This document shows, one piece after another, positions 50,520-63,759 of a stretch of 64,000 nucleotides of DNA. Where the stretch lies: assembly GCA_951406725.2 (NCBI GenBank), contig OX597819.1:115072001-115136000 (forward strand). The letters are read 5' to 3'. Position numbers and translations under genes: made by a program. The DNA is from Octopus vulgaris. Its lineage: Eukaryota. A model generated the notes under the pieces. It was not told where the DNA came from. It saw only the letters and a list, made by a program, of their open reading frames with translations, and made no database searches. Each line of letters opens with the position of its first letter. The stretch's first letter is position 1.

Positions 50520-51308
50520 GACATGCCTTAAAGTAAGTGTGCCCTCCTCTCCCACCAACTTTGTTTCCTCATAACTTCCAGAATGATGGAGATTTTTTAA
50601 AATGAAATTTACTACAAATACGCTTCAGATGGTGTAGATTCTGATTATATCGGAATTTGTAGTAAAAAATAAATAAATAAATAAATAATAAAAAAATTCG
50701 CACGTAGGGAGAGGAGTTTCCAAAAATTCATACAAGTCAGGAAAAATGGATACATTTTATGAAAATTTTCGACAAATCCCTTCCAGAGTGTGTAGATTAA
50801 GATTATATCAGAATGTAATTTGTAAGAAAGAAAGAAAGAAAGAATGAAAGAAAAAAAAAAACAACAACAAAAAAAACACACAAAAAAAAACGAACGCACC
50901 ATGCATACATGCACATACTGAGGCATAATTCTTTTCTAAGTGTCAAGTTTCATTTTGCAAATGTATGTGATGTATGTCGGTATGTAGGTGTGCAAGTCCA
51001 ACAGTTTTTTGTTTTTTTTTTCATATTAAATTCCGATATAATTATAATCTATACATTCTGAAAGGTAACTGCTGAATATTTCATTAAAAGATACCCAATT
51101 TTTCTTAAAGTTATGAGGAAACAAAGCTGACACGTGTGAATTTTCCGAAATCCCCCTCCCTACTCACAGAAAAAAAAAATTTCACATCACATCCCGATAT
51201 AATCGGAAAATTCAGCAACTGAAGCGTATTTGCAGAAAATTTCATCCAGAAATATCCATTGAGGAAACAAAGTCGATGGGTGGGAGGGCACACTTGTGTA
51301 GACATACC
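50520..51308. mobile_element. GGCATA/GGTATG-type foldback upstream of the gene 4 coding exon
   Basis: 50535-50840 is inverted relative to 51030-51308 (CTCATAACTT/AAGTTATGAG and GTAGATT/AATCTA modules). Confidence 0.7.
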
Positions 51309-52069
51309 GATAAAATAAAGTAAGCACAACGGGTCTTTGTAGTTCAGGTGAAAATTTAGCTGTTCACTTTGTGCTTGTACCTTACGAGATGTCGTCAAAG
51401 CGATAAGACTGAAGAAAACTTCTGCCTTGTTGCTATTATTTTATTTCACAGAGAAAAGACGTGTCCCAGAGTTCAACAACGAAGTACTGTGTTACACATC
51501 TTTAGGCAAGCAAACACAATAAGAGCAATAACAAGGGAATCTTTTATTTACTAGAACGATAATTATTTCTAACATGAGTTTTAAGGCTTGAAATCTGAGT
51601 GAGGGGTTAGTCTTTAACATTGACCCTGTACGCGATTCGTACTTATTTTATCGCCCCAGAAAGAACGAAAGCAAAGTTGACTTCAACTGGATTTGAAGCC
51701 AGAAGAAATATCAAGACATGTCCAAAGGTCAAACGATTCTGTCTTTACACCATCCCCGAAATAATAATAATAATGGTTTCGTATCACATACACCTTCATC
51801 GCAATTTCTACCAACAGTTACAACATAAACATCTGATATCGTCGCTAGTATTTACACATATTATACTACTATTTCCATCAATATTCACTTATATCCACCT
51901 CCATTTCTGTTAATATTTACATATATTTTGTGATCTGTGTATATTATCTGTTGCTACCAATACATACATACATCCACTTTTATTAAAAAATCCATTATCT
52001 CCATCGATATTTACACATATCTTCTTCTATTTCTCCCCAAACAAACCGAAATCAGAAAATAAAGCACGT

Positions 52070-52092
52070 TATGGCTGAGCGGAAGTGCAGAC
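52070..52092 (-). promoter_or_regulatory. Putative core promoter of ZNF gene 4
   Basis: TATGGCTGAGCGGAAGTGCAGAC, homologous to TATGGCTGACCGGATGTAGAGAC of gene 1. First-exon donor not resolved. Confidence 0.55.
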
Positions 52093-52799
52093 CAAACCAA
52101 TCGAAACAAGCACCCATTAATGTCCCAACTGAACTATTCATTACAGTTAAAAGTGCTTACTTTGAAATGTATCAGTTGTTACGACAAACAGTTACTATTT
52201 CATATGTTGGTAGTTTCAGCATACGGTACAAGCTTCTTTAGTGCAGCAATAATTTTCGTTATTAGGGATATCCGTCTGCTTATAAACTGTTTATTGTTGG
52301 TGTCGACTGATCATTCCTGCAGCTAATGACTACTGCACCCAGTCAGTCACTTATATACAGAGATGGGAATGGAGTTGGAGGGTGGTGGTACTGACAGCTT
52401 TATTGCCAGTTAATTAACTTACTGACAGATTTCAATTGCGACTAAGACAACTGATACATTTACGATCTTCAAAAAAAGATAAATAAATGCAAATTATAAT
52501 TTACATTTTCCAGCCCAGCATCTATGTTTGTTCAACTTGTTAAAAAAACAGTAGCCAGAATGTCTCACACAAATCATATCGCACCGCTGGTAAAGGTACG
52601 AAGGTAGACTGCATTGGATAATGAAACTGTTGATATAGTATTCGTACAATGGATAGAAGATCAAAATGATCACAAATGACTTTGATCATGGGTCCGCTCA
52701 ATTGAGGCCGATCAGAAAAAAAAAAAAAGAAAAGAAAAGAAAAAGGCACATAGAAATAAAATTTGCGAAAATAATTAAAAAAAAAATTTTTTTTTTTTA

Positions 52800-53230
52800 T
52801 TTATCTAGTTTCAGCTCACAAGCTGTGGCCATGCTGGGGCACCGCCATTTGGTGTTGCTACATGATTCTACTTCACGATTGCTTTTTAGCAATTGCCATT
52901 TGGTGCATGAGAGAGTTCGATGCAGCTGCCCTCATCTGCACCTCCTGCCGTGAAGTTGGTTCATCTGGGATACCTGACAAGAAGAGATCCAGTTTCATTT
53001 TAAAGACATCTGCATCCACCCCATGCAGGTCTCTTAGGTTCTTCGGAAGGATATTGAAGAGCTGTGGGCCTCGGAAGCCCAGGCTATCACAGTATCTTGT
53101 CCTACATCTTCATGGCAAATTTGGAGTCCTTGGCACTATGCAGTGGCGCCCAGTTCTGGCATTTGTGTAACTCTCGATGCCAAAGTTTGGGACAAGTCCT
53201 TCTAGGATCTTCCAGATGTATATTATGGCA
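52800..53230 (-). mobile_element. CR1-group LINE 3' end sharing its tail with SINE family A
   Basis: YIWKILEGLVPN..GPQLFNILP..FKMKLDLFLSGIPDEP, followed by GGCGGTGCCCCAGCATGGCCACAG..CTGAAAC. Confidence 0.8.
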
Positions 53231-53504
53231 TATCTTTCTCGCCTAATTAGTAATTATTGTTTCTTATTTAGGCGCAAGGCCAGCAATTTTGGAAGAGGTG
53301 GTGGGGAGCCAGTACTTGACTGGTACTCATTTTATCGACTCCGAAAGGCTGTAAGACAAAATTCATCTCGGTGAGATTTGAACTCAGAAAGAAATTCTAT
53401 CAATCTACCACCCTTAATAATAATTGCTTCAAACATAGGCATAGGACAAGAAAGTTGAGGAGAACCGATGCTAATAATGTTTTCTAAATAATCATTGTAA
53501 TGTG

Positions 53505-53770
53505 TTCGCAGAGTTGCTGAAGCATGGAACAAACTACCTGCATCAATTGTTACCTGCCGAGACATTTCTTCCTTTAAAACCTCCATGCTTCCTGAAATTC
53601 GCTAACACTACACCTGATATCTCCCCTTCCATACTCATGCACACGTGTATATCATGACTCATACACTGTTCCCTTTCCTGACATTTGTACATAATTCTAT
53701 GTACTATACATGCACCTTTGATGAGTTGTAGTGCACCTGAGCACTATACACAATAATTTCATTATTATTA
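53505..53770 (+). mobile_element. LINE-derived 3' tail (copies at 62990-63300 and 8139-8248 -)
   Basis: GAGTTGCTGAAGCATGGAACAAACT..GTGCACCTGAGCACT..(ATT)n. Confidence 0.75.
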
Positions 53771-54662
53771 TAGAAGTAACCGAAATCACTACGTTCCCCT
53801 TGAATGGGATGCTGCTCCGTTCAAAGCCAGTAAATTTTAGGGAAAGGGTGAAGTGGATTATATCGATTCCAGTGTTCGAATGGTACTTTATTTTAACGAC
53901 CCCAAGGGGATGAAAGGCAAAGCTGACCTTGGTTGGATTTGAACTCAGGACATAAAAAACTGAAAGAAGTGCTAACGATTCTGCTAGTTTACCGACTAAG
54001 AAAAAAAAAAAAAAAGCATCCTTAATTAGTTTTATTTATTTATTTATATCAGGTTCTGTGTTCAAGAGAATATAATACCGGGTCCTAACAAACATTCTAT
54101 TTTTAGATCACGTAATTGCAATTATAAAAATAGAATGTTTAACTAGCTAGATTTTCATTCGTAGATTATTAAAAAAAAAGAAAGATGGACTACGTTGATG
54201 TCCATCTGCTGTGTAAATATTTCCAGTAGCTTTGTTGTTTAAATTCTTTAGACCAAAATTGAAATTTACTAAATTCGTCTCCATCGAGTGCGTGTATATT
54301 ATTTAATACAACCAATAATTTGATCAGCAGGTTTCCAGCCTGTCTAACATTGTATATTCACACACATGACACACTAAAGAAGAATGTGAAACTGGCAAGA
54401 TAACCCTAAAGCTGTTTTCTATAAGGTTCGGGGGAGGTGGCTGACAAATGAAAGAACAAGTTGCCATGGCTTTAAACTTCTTCAACACCATAGAATAGTA
54501 ATAAGAATTGACATTAAAACTCATTTAAAAAAGGGGATGTGTAAACATTTCAGTCATATGGGTGGCTGCTAGTATTTGTCAGTTAGAGATCCACTGAGCT
54601 AAATTACTTGGAGCTAAAAGTCTTGCTTAAGATTCAATTCTTAAAAGGTTCCCTTAAAAATG

Positions 54663-54896
54663 AAGGGAAGTCACTCTTCATTCATATTTTCCTAAGTGTA
54701 ACCACTAGAGGCGCCACTTTATATTTATCATTGCTCATGCATGCACATGTTGTATACAGACACACGAATCAGTAGGTTGTATGGAATATCCTAAATGTCT
54801 TAATTCAACTTTACGGTGTGGTGACGAATATATTGATTTGGTTGTTTGACTTTTTACAGTGTTGAATGAAGAGTAAGAAAACGTTGTTCTGATAAG
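54663..54896 (+). promoter_or_regulatory. Putative promoter and first exon of ZNF gene 5
   Basis: AAGGGAAGTCACTCTTCATT..ACTAGAGGCGCCAC block duplicated at 63524-63582. Candidate donors at 54873 (A|GTAAGA) and 54897 (AAG|GTAATT). Confidence 0.65.
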
Positions 54897-55706
54897 GTAA
54901 TTACTGTCATATTGTCACTAGTTTCGTTTGATTACAGTCGCTATTTTACTGTTAGTGATATTTTGGGGCGGAACCCTTCGTTATTGGTACACGACGTCAT
55001 TCACCCACACAACCTTCTTTCATGATATAAAGAGGCTAGGCTGACAAAGAGGGTGGATGATGCCGTCTCCTCGTACCGACACAGTAGACCAATTTCGAAG
55101 GAGCGCCTAGTTTTCAGAAAGTTATGAGGAAACAAATCGAAGGGTATAAAATATCCGAAACTCCTGTCCACCCGTTCGAAAAACCTTTTTCATAACAAAT
55201 TCTGGTATAACCCGAATCTATACCTCTTAAAATGCATCTCTGGAAAATATTTAAAAATATGCATTTTCCAGATAGTTATCAGAAAACATTATGCCGAAGA
55301 GGGGATGGTTCACATTCTACCAGCACGAAACACTTATGGAGGGCGGAGTTCAGTTATTATGAAAGTGTTCACGAATCGTATTCGTCTATTTGAAATCAAT
55401 ATATTTATTTAAATATATGCATTTTTCATGCGACTTAATAATATTCAATGTCCTACTTTCGATTGCTTTCATTTCCTTCTTGATCCATTGTTGAACTTCC
55501 TGGTTTCACTTTTATTTCGATTTTACTTTCATTTTTTGTTATTGCGATCTAAAATGATATCAACTGATTAAAATGATATTAAATGATTTAATTGGTGTTT
55601 TGATGGTGTAATTAAACGTTGTTGTTAATGTTATTAGCTTACCAACTAAATGTACTTGAGTGAAGTAAATCTCAACAGATAATATCACATTGAAGTAATA
55701 TGGATG

Positions 55707-56660
55707 TGCATACCTACACAAGTGTGTGTACCCCACCCCGATTTCGTTTCTTCATAACTTTCAGGAAAATAAATTCGTTTAAACGAAATTTTGTACAATT
55801 TCCTTTCAAACACTGTAGATTCTGATTGTATGGGAGTTTGTTATGGAGAAAAAAACAACAACAAAAAAAACAAAGACAAAACAAAAATAAAAGGTGGGTG
55901 CAGCACATACATACTGACACACATCACAATTTTTTCAGAATTTCAAATTTCCTTTTGTAGCTATAATTGTAAACTGTCAGTTTGTAGGTGTGCACGCCCA
56001 CCATTTCTTTCTTTCTTTTTTTTTTTTTTGCCACATTGAATTCCGATATAATCATAATCTACATCATCTGAAAAGTTGAAAATTTGTAAATAGTTTCATT
56101 AAAAATACCCATTTTGTGAAAGTTATGAGAAAACAAACTCGGACAGTGGTGGTGGGTGTAATTGTGTAGATATGCCTAACTTTGAAATAATAGCTTATCG
56201 GCTGAATGATTCATCTGGAAACTTAACAAAATGGCTATTCTTTTTATGATATTTTCTACAGATCCCTTTCAGACAGTGTTTATTATGATATATATATATA
56301 TATATCAGTTGAATAAAATGTACATACCATTTTGATACCTCACATATACCTACGAAATGAAACTTGAAATTTCGAAAAAATTGGGATATGTGTCTGTTTA
56401 TTTTTTGCTCATTATATTCAAATATAGTCCTAATCTACACCATCTGAAAAGCTTTGTAGAAATTTCATTAAAAAAATACTCATTTTTCTGAAAGTTATGA
56501 GGAAACAAAGCCAACTCGTATGAATTTTCTGAAACTCTTTTCCCCCAACGTCAGAAAAAAAATTTCCAACAAATTCTGACATAACCGGAATCTACACTAA
56601 CTGAAGTATATTTGTTGAAAATTTCATTCAAAAGTATTCATTTTTCTGAAAATTATGAGT
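55707..56660. mobile_element. GGCATA-type foldback and related fragments in the first intron of gene 5
   Basis: 55707-55850 is inverted relative to 56035-56176. Further AAGTTATGAGGAAACAAA modules at 55110-55300 and 56430-56660. Confidence 0.7.
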
Positions 56661-57195
56661 TCAGCTTCTAAGCCCTATGAAACAATGCATCACCATCATC
56701 ATTATAAATTTCCCTAGTAGTATAACTTAGACTGGAGTGTATTACATCATACTGTTGTGTTGCTTGATCACATAATATCTCAGCTGTGTAGTCCTAATTC
56801 CTGTGATGTGTTTACATTGGTCTTCTTCCAGAACATCACTTGTACAAGTAAATTATCACTTTTAGAGCTTTTTGTTGGGCAGGAACTAATATTTGTTTTC
56901 TTCCATTTCAGGTTATACTTTAATGTTGGACAGTTTTGCGCCAGAGGACTTTGTAATTTTACAATGCTGGTGAAAATAATCAGAATGTGATATTTATCAG
57001 TGTAAATGACAACAACATAACAATGTTGTTTACCAATCAAATTATTAAAATAAGAGTAACCACGATTACACCTTGAAAGAACACAACATATTACAATTAA
57101 GTCATCGAAGACGTTTTTTGCTTTCTGTTGAAAATATGTTCATATTTCGACGATAATACACTGTAATTTTCTGAAAGTGTGTCAGATTTCTCAAA

Positions 57196-58662
57196 ATGGT
57201 TCAAACACCAGAGAAACTATACAAATGTGAAGTTTATGTGAAAACAGTTTCTCAAAAGAATCTTTTGCCAGCAGATGAATGCGTTAAGATCAAGGGAACG
57301 TATTATTACTGTGAGTTTTGTAGAAAAGTTCTTTCTACTGGTGAAGAATTAAATGCTCATAAACTCATTCATTCAGGAGAAAGACCATACCCATGTGAGG
57401 ATTGTGGAGAAGCATTTGCTCAAAGTAGTGAGTTATCGTCTCATAAGCAGGATGTTCATGTGAAAAACAAACGCAAGCACTGTGAAATATGTGGAAAATC
57501 CTTTTCCAAAAACAGTCATCTCTCGAGTCATATACGTACTGTTCATCTGGGAGAAAAGCCCTACCACTGTGAAATTTGTGGGAAATCATTTACAACAGCA
57601 TTTGGCTTATCAAGCCATCAGATTCTGCATACAGGAAATAAACCTTATATTTGTGAAATTTGTGGGTTGGCATTTTCATTTTACAGTAACTTGGCCGGAC
57701 ATAAACGTATTCATACTGGTGAGAAACGACATCGCTGTGAAATTTGTGGGAAAAAATTTCCTAGGAACTGTGACCTTTCAGTGCACAAATGTATTCATAC
57801 AGATGAAAAACCGTTTTGCTGTAATATCTGTGGGAAAGCCTTTTCTAGAAATAGTTCATTAAAAGTTCACAAATACACTCATACTGGTGAAAAACCATAT
57901 AAATGTGATATTTGTGGAAAAGCATTTCCTAGAAACCAAGACCTTTCAGTTCATAAATATGCACATACTGGTAAAAAACCACATCATTGTAATATTTGTG
58001 GAGAGGCATTTTCTAGAAAGAGTTCATTAAAAGTTCACACATATACTCATACGGGTGAAAAACCATACAAATGTGATATTTGTGAAAAAGCATTTCCAAG
58101 AAACCATGATCTTTCAGTTCATAAATATAGCCATACTAATGAAAAACCATATCATTGTAGTATTTGTAGAAAAGGATTTTGTAGAAGTGATTCTTTAAAA
58201 CGTCATAGATACACTCACACTGGTGAAAAACCATATAAATGTGATACTTGTGGGAAAGCCTTTTCTAGGAATTGTGATCTTTCAGTTCATAAATATTTGC
58301 ATACTGGTGAAAATCCATATCATTGTAGCATTTGTGGAGAAGTATTTGCTAGTAATAGTTCGTTAAAAGTTCATAAATATACTCATTCTGAAGAGAAACC
58401 ATACAAATGTGAGACTTGTGGAAAAGCATTTCCCAGAAATTATGACCTTTCAGTTCATAAATATAGCCATACCGGTGAAAAGCCATACAATTGTGACATT
58501 TGTGGGAAATCATTTTCAAGAAATGATTCTTTAAAACGTCATAAATTTTCACATACTGGAGAAAAACCATACAAATGTGACATTTGTGACAGAACATTTT
58601 CTAGAAACTGTGACCTTTCAGTTCATAAATACAGTCATATTGGTGGAAACCTACAAACATGA
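57196..58662 (+). CDS. C2H2 zinc-finger protein, gene 5 (488 aa, about 16 fingers)
   Basis: Tandem fingers. Branch-like ACTAAT at 56885, acceptor TTTCAG ending 56911, AATAAA at 58832. Confidence 0.95.
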   Translation: MVQTPEKLYKCEVYVKTVSQKNLLPADECVKIKGTYYYCEFCRKVLSTGEELNAHKLIHSGERPYPCEDCGEAFAQSSELSSHKQDVHVKNKRKHCEICGKSFSKNSHLSSHIRTVHLGEKPYHCEICGKSFTTAFGLSSHQILHTGNKPYICEICGLAFSFYSNLAGHKRIHTGEKRHRCEICGKKFPRNCDLSVHKCIHTDEKPFCCNICGKAFSRNSSLKVHKYTHTGEKPYKCDICGKAFPRNQDLSVHKYAHTGKKPHHCNICGEAFSRKSSLKVHTYTHTGEKPYKCDICEKAFPRNHDLSVHKYSHTNEKPYHCSICRKGFCRSDSLKRHRYTHTGEKPYKCDTCGKAFSRNCDLSVHKYLHTGENPYHCSICGEVFASNSSLKVHKYTHSEEKPYKCETCGKAFPRNYDLSVHKYSHTGEKPYNCDICGKSFSRNDSLKRHKFSHTGEKPYKCDICDRTFSRNCDLSVHKYSHIGGNLQT

Positions 58663-60617
58663 CACTTGTAGAATAACATATTTAATAATATTTCATTAAC
58701 AAGACATTGGATTCACACTGAGAAAACAATTGAATCTCCGAGTCATTTGTAGAGGAATTTTTACTTAATGGAAACTTATTCCAGTATAATTGCGGTGGAA
58801 TATTTATATATTAAACTTTTATTTTTATGAAAATAAACTTTCTTATGTACTTACTATGTAAAATATAGTTTGTTTTTTTCTTTTATTTTACCCTCTGCTG
58901 AACTCAACAATTTTTCATTTTATCAGATCAGTATATCTGAGAAACCACTTCTGTAATACACCTAACATATTTGAACTTACTTTCTCATTGTTAGTATTTT
59001 TACTTTAAAATATATTGTATAACAGACCTGTTTCTTTTACTCTATTTCAATTAAAAGATAATTTTACTTAAGTAAAAGCTGTCTTACTGCCCTTGTCTTT
59101 GATCATATCTAAATTGACAAAGTAGTTTTGCAACATGTTTCCTGTTAAAATGATCCATTGCAACACATGTTGACAGGCCTCTCTTTGCCCCATATCCAAT
59201 AAACTCTACTGTGTTCTTATTTGACTGAACAGAACAGAAATACAAACACAGTTACAACACAGTATTGTGTCTAATCACTCATAGTGAGCTGCAGAAATAG
59301 CTGTATCATTCCCATCTGGTTTTGACTCACTCAAGAAGTTTGCTTGACAACTATGAGGTGTCAGTTTCAGTCTCACTGCATTGCACTCTGGGTTAGTGTC
59401 TCCTATCATAACCTTGGATCGACTGAAACATTGTCAATGAAATTTGAGGGAGAAACTGTGAAAGTCCAGTAAAATGACATTAACTACCCTTGGATGATAA
59501 TGAATTTATTGCTCAGTTTAGTATTATCACCTGGCCTTTGTGCACCTGCAGTAGAGTACACTCTTTTGCAAGCACTTGGGCCTAGAGTCCACTTGGAGGA
59601 AGTTGTTCTCTAACTAGTCATGATGACCCTGAGAAAGATCATGGGTATTGTTCTACAGGTTTTGAGTAAGTTATTTTAAAACAATTCACAGTTCAAACCT
59701 TCAACAATACTGACATTCACTCCTTGATAACCATATTTTTACACATCTGTCATCCACTTAAATCCTAGATACATCATACAGTATCTGCTCTACTTCTATG
59801 AACAAGGATTTCAAAAATAACTTTAAATGATAACGTCACAACATAGTTTTGTTCATTCTCATGGAAACATACTTGCAACAATAATAAACACCTTACAATT
59901 CAATCCTTAATTATTTATAAATGCTAGGCCTCACAGTCTTCTAAATGTCTTTTGGTGTCCACATATCTAATTCATAGTTAACTTTAATTCAAAAAGCTGA
60001 GCCTTCATTTTAGAATAGTGTTTCATTATTAATACTAAACAACGGCTGACCCTTATGATAAATCTTTCATTGAAGTAAAACTGATCAAGTCTTCTCCTGC
60101 AGAAGCCTTATTCAGTGGATCAACCAAATTAATTCTACATTGAACTAATAGCCATGTTAGACACTGTTGTCTGTGTGACCATTTGTCGAGTCCCATAGAA
60201 TTTAATCATATTACATGCTACTATGATATGAATGCTATAATTTTCACAATTTTTTGTAATGCATCCACATCCAAGGATTACATGTGGTTGCTAATTATCC
60301 ATTCCAGACCCATGCAAGTTATACTGTAGTTCAGATAAAACCCTGTCTAGGTTTGTTCTTTTGAGTCCTATCATTAGTATTTACACTTCTGTTTAACATG
60401 TCTGCTGTACCAATGAATTTTTGTTGATGTGTTCTATAAACTTTTCTGGCTTAATTTCCTTTCAAGCTTTTGTTGAGGATTTATAAGGATTTCTTGCATT
60501 TCTTTCAGCTACAAGGTTGGCATTAGATACAGTCTAAATACCATGTTTTCAATCCCTGTTGAATTGACCGTAATTAATCTACATTACTGCTATTAACTGC
60601 AAAGTAAAATTGTTTCT

Positions 60618-60912
60618 GTGGAGGCGCATTGGCCCAGTGGTTAGGGTGGCGGACTTGCAGTCGGAGGATCGAGGTTTCAATTCCTAGACTGAGCGTTGTG
60701 TGTTTATTGAACGAAAACACTTAAAGCTCCATGAGGCTCTGGCAGGGGGTGGTGGCAACTCCTGTTGTACTCTTTCGCCCCAACTTTCTCTCACTCCGTC
60801 TTTCTGTTTCTTGAGCAACTCTGCGATGAACTGGTGCCCCGTCCAGCTGGGGGGAACATATACACCACAGAAACCGGAAAACCGGGCCCATGAGCCTGGC
60901 TAGGCTTGAAAA
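60618..60912 (+). mobile_element. SINE family C copy
   Basis: Matches 27312-27460 and ends GGGCCCATGAGCCTGGCTAGGCTT. Confidence 0.8.
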
Positions 60913-61504
60913 GGACACACACACAAAAAAAATGTTTCTAATTTAGATACAAGGCCATGAAAATTGGTACTTTATTTTATTAACCCTGGAGGGGTTAATA
61001 AATGTATATTGTGTTTAATAATAGACTGGTGAGCAAAAGAGTTATGTTGAAAGCGTAGCTGACAGGACCCCATCTGGGATATCGAAGTAAGTATTGTTCA
61101 AAATCAGGTTTATAGAAATATCTTAAAGTAGCCATATCTGACTGTGACACATTTTCTGAAAGGGGTCAAAAGGGTTCATATGAGTGCACAATTATAGACA
61201 TTGCTTTCTATTACTTTTTGCAAGATATTTCTCTAAGTATCTTTCTTAGAAGCAGCTTGTTATTTTCCACACACTCTGTATCTAGAATTATATTGAATGT
61301 ATATGTTTAAAAATTATGTTGGGTGTGATTTGAAGAAAATTTGGATGCTCTTTCTAGCAAGTTGAATGAACATTAAATTGAATCAATACTGCAATATGAA
61401 TTTTATAACTTTCTTAAAAGCCTAAGCAAGATCTACATTAGAATACTGTGCATAAATGACTGACAGATTAACTGTTACATGCTACTTTTATATATATATA
61501 TGTA

Positions 61505-61900
61505 CTAGCAGTATCGCCCGGCGTTGCTCGGGTTTGTAAGGGAAATAACTATATAAGCATTTTTAGAGATGTAAAGTATAATAGCCATCTCAATATGGCT
61601 AACCACAAGGGGGGGGGGGTTACTGTAGCTTTTTACGTTCTGAGATTTAATAATAAATTTTTAGAGAGTTACTTCCCTTATATAATAGCAAAAAAATGCA
61701 TTAAAAATGGGAAAAAAAATTATGGTAAATTTTTTTTAAAATCGTAGACTCATCGTAGATGCGCGCTAATACCCAGAAGGGCTCGATATGAATCACGACT
61801 ATAAGATACCCGCTTTTGGTTAAACTGCACTGCAAAATGTGGGAGTAGTTAGGAATCTAAATCATAGGAGACAGACACCACACAACCTCACTTTTATATA
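61505..61900 (-). mobile_element. Non-autonomous Helitron-like element, second copy
   Basis: Reverse complement of 36690-37085, with the CTAG end and hairpin, inside (TA)n. Confidence 0.8.
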
Positions 61901-63523
61901 CATATATATCGATATATATATATATATCGATATATATATATATATATAAAAGTAATTTTACTGATGATAGGAAATTAGTGTGTACCATCCTAATCTTACC
62001 ATTATTAGTGTATCTCATTCTTGAAACCCAAGTTAATTATAGTGACAACTGTAACCTATTAGAATCTACTCTCCTTTTCATTACAGACAACAATATGCAG
62101 AAGTTCAGTTTAAGAATTAACAGTGTTGATCTTACCAGACTGAAAGCTTGTAAAAGCCAGGATGCAGATCCTTGTTTTCAGGCTGACATGCATAAAGTTA
62201 AAATAATTTCGTTTTATATTTATTTTATACAACCAGTTGTTAATTCTACTTCTCAGGTGGCATAGTTATTCCCTTTTCGTTACTTTTTATTTATCAATGA
62301 AAATATTGGTTTCAAACTTTGGCTCAAGGCCAGCAAGTTCTGGGGAGGGGAAAGTTGGTTACATTGACTTCAGTGTTCAACTCGTACTCTATTTTATCAA
62401 CCTCAAAGGATAAAAGGCAGAATTTGAACTCAGAACCTAAAAATTGATGAAATGTTATTAAGCATTTAACGATTAACGATTCTGCCAGCTCACCACCTTT
62501 ATCATCATCATCATTGTTTAGCGTCCGCTTTCCATGCTAGCATGGGTTGGACGGTTCAACCGGGGTCTGGGAAGCCAGAAGGCTGCACCAGGCCCAGTTT
62601 GATCTGGCAATGTTTCTACGGCTGGATGCCCTATGGAAATATTCCCAAATTGTATGATAGTGTTCTGAGGTGATCAGATGTTCCTTTATGTTTAATTTTT
62701 TACATATAATTGCAAGGACCTAGTTGTAGCTTGTTGTAGGAACAAACTAAGCTTCTCTCATGTAAAGGTCATCTTCCTTTTATATTAGGTTGTTTCATTG
62801 TATGGGTGCAGTGTGGTCTATGTGTGCCCAATGATCATATTCTTTATATTTTGTTATAGAGCCAGGCCAAAATGAGGAAAATCCGTGTAATCTCTTTTTC
62901 TTTTAATTCTTCGTTTGTGTTAGCCGTGAGTGCTGTAAGTGCTTGAAGCTTTAAGCCTGTGTGATTTTTTTATGTTGTACACAAAGTCAGAAAACAGCAC
63001 AGCTTCCATGACGTTCGGAAACAGTTTTTCATGCTAAGAGTTGATGAAGCATGGAACAAACTGCCAGCATCAGTTGTTAGTTGTCGGAGCGCTTCATCCT
63101 TCAAAACTTCCATGCTTTCTGAGATTTGCCAACACTACACCTGATTTTCTCTCCTCCATACACACGCAAGAATGTATCTAACTGATACACTGTTCGCTTC
63201 CCAGACATTTGTACAGTACTGCATATACTTTATACGCACTTTTGACAAGTTGTGGTGCACCTGAGCACTGTATACAATAATTTCATTATTACTATTATAA
63301 CGATGTCCAAGTTACACTTGATGTTGCTGTTAAAGAAGGGAGATGGTGGATTTGGTAAGTGCTGCAAGTAGTTGATCAGCATGTTTTCAATATAACTGTA
63401 TTTTTCAGACATTTTCGTATATAGTATATGCTTACATAAATAAAAGATATTGTGAAGAATGCAGAGAAACTTGGCCATAAATTCAACAATTTTAATAAAA
63501 AAAAAACGAAAAGTCGAAACACA

Positions 63524-63759
63524 AAGGGAAGTCACTCTTCATTGATATTTTATCAGATGTGACTACTGGGGGCGCCACCTTATCCGTGACTCTTACACTG
63601 CAGCACAAATGGATGCGTAGACATGTTGTCGATATAAATTCGCATCTCATGGGGAAGCTGAATTAAATATGCTAAGTATATATCGCATAACTGGTGAAAC
63701 GATGTGTGTTTATCAACTTGAAAGTTTCTCTGTACAGCTGAAAGTAAGAGAGAAGTAAG
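63524..63759 (+). promoter_or_regulatory. Putative promoter and first exon of a sixth (ZNF?) gene running off the window
   Basis: Homologous to 54663-54896, including donor TAAG|GTAATT at 63760 and a similar intron start. Confidence 0.6.

Noticed and set aside
54700-54718. Bona fide CTCF site
   Set aside because: One base shorter than the CCACYAGRKGGCGC core in both copies, so it is kept only as an unknown conserved motif.
59700-60600. Possible decayed LINE endonuclease on the minus strand (RRRLDQFYF)
   Set aside because: Too degenerate to support by eye; needs a translated profile search.
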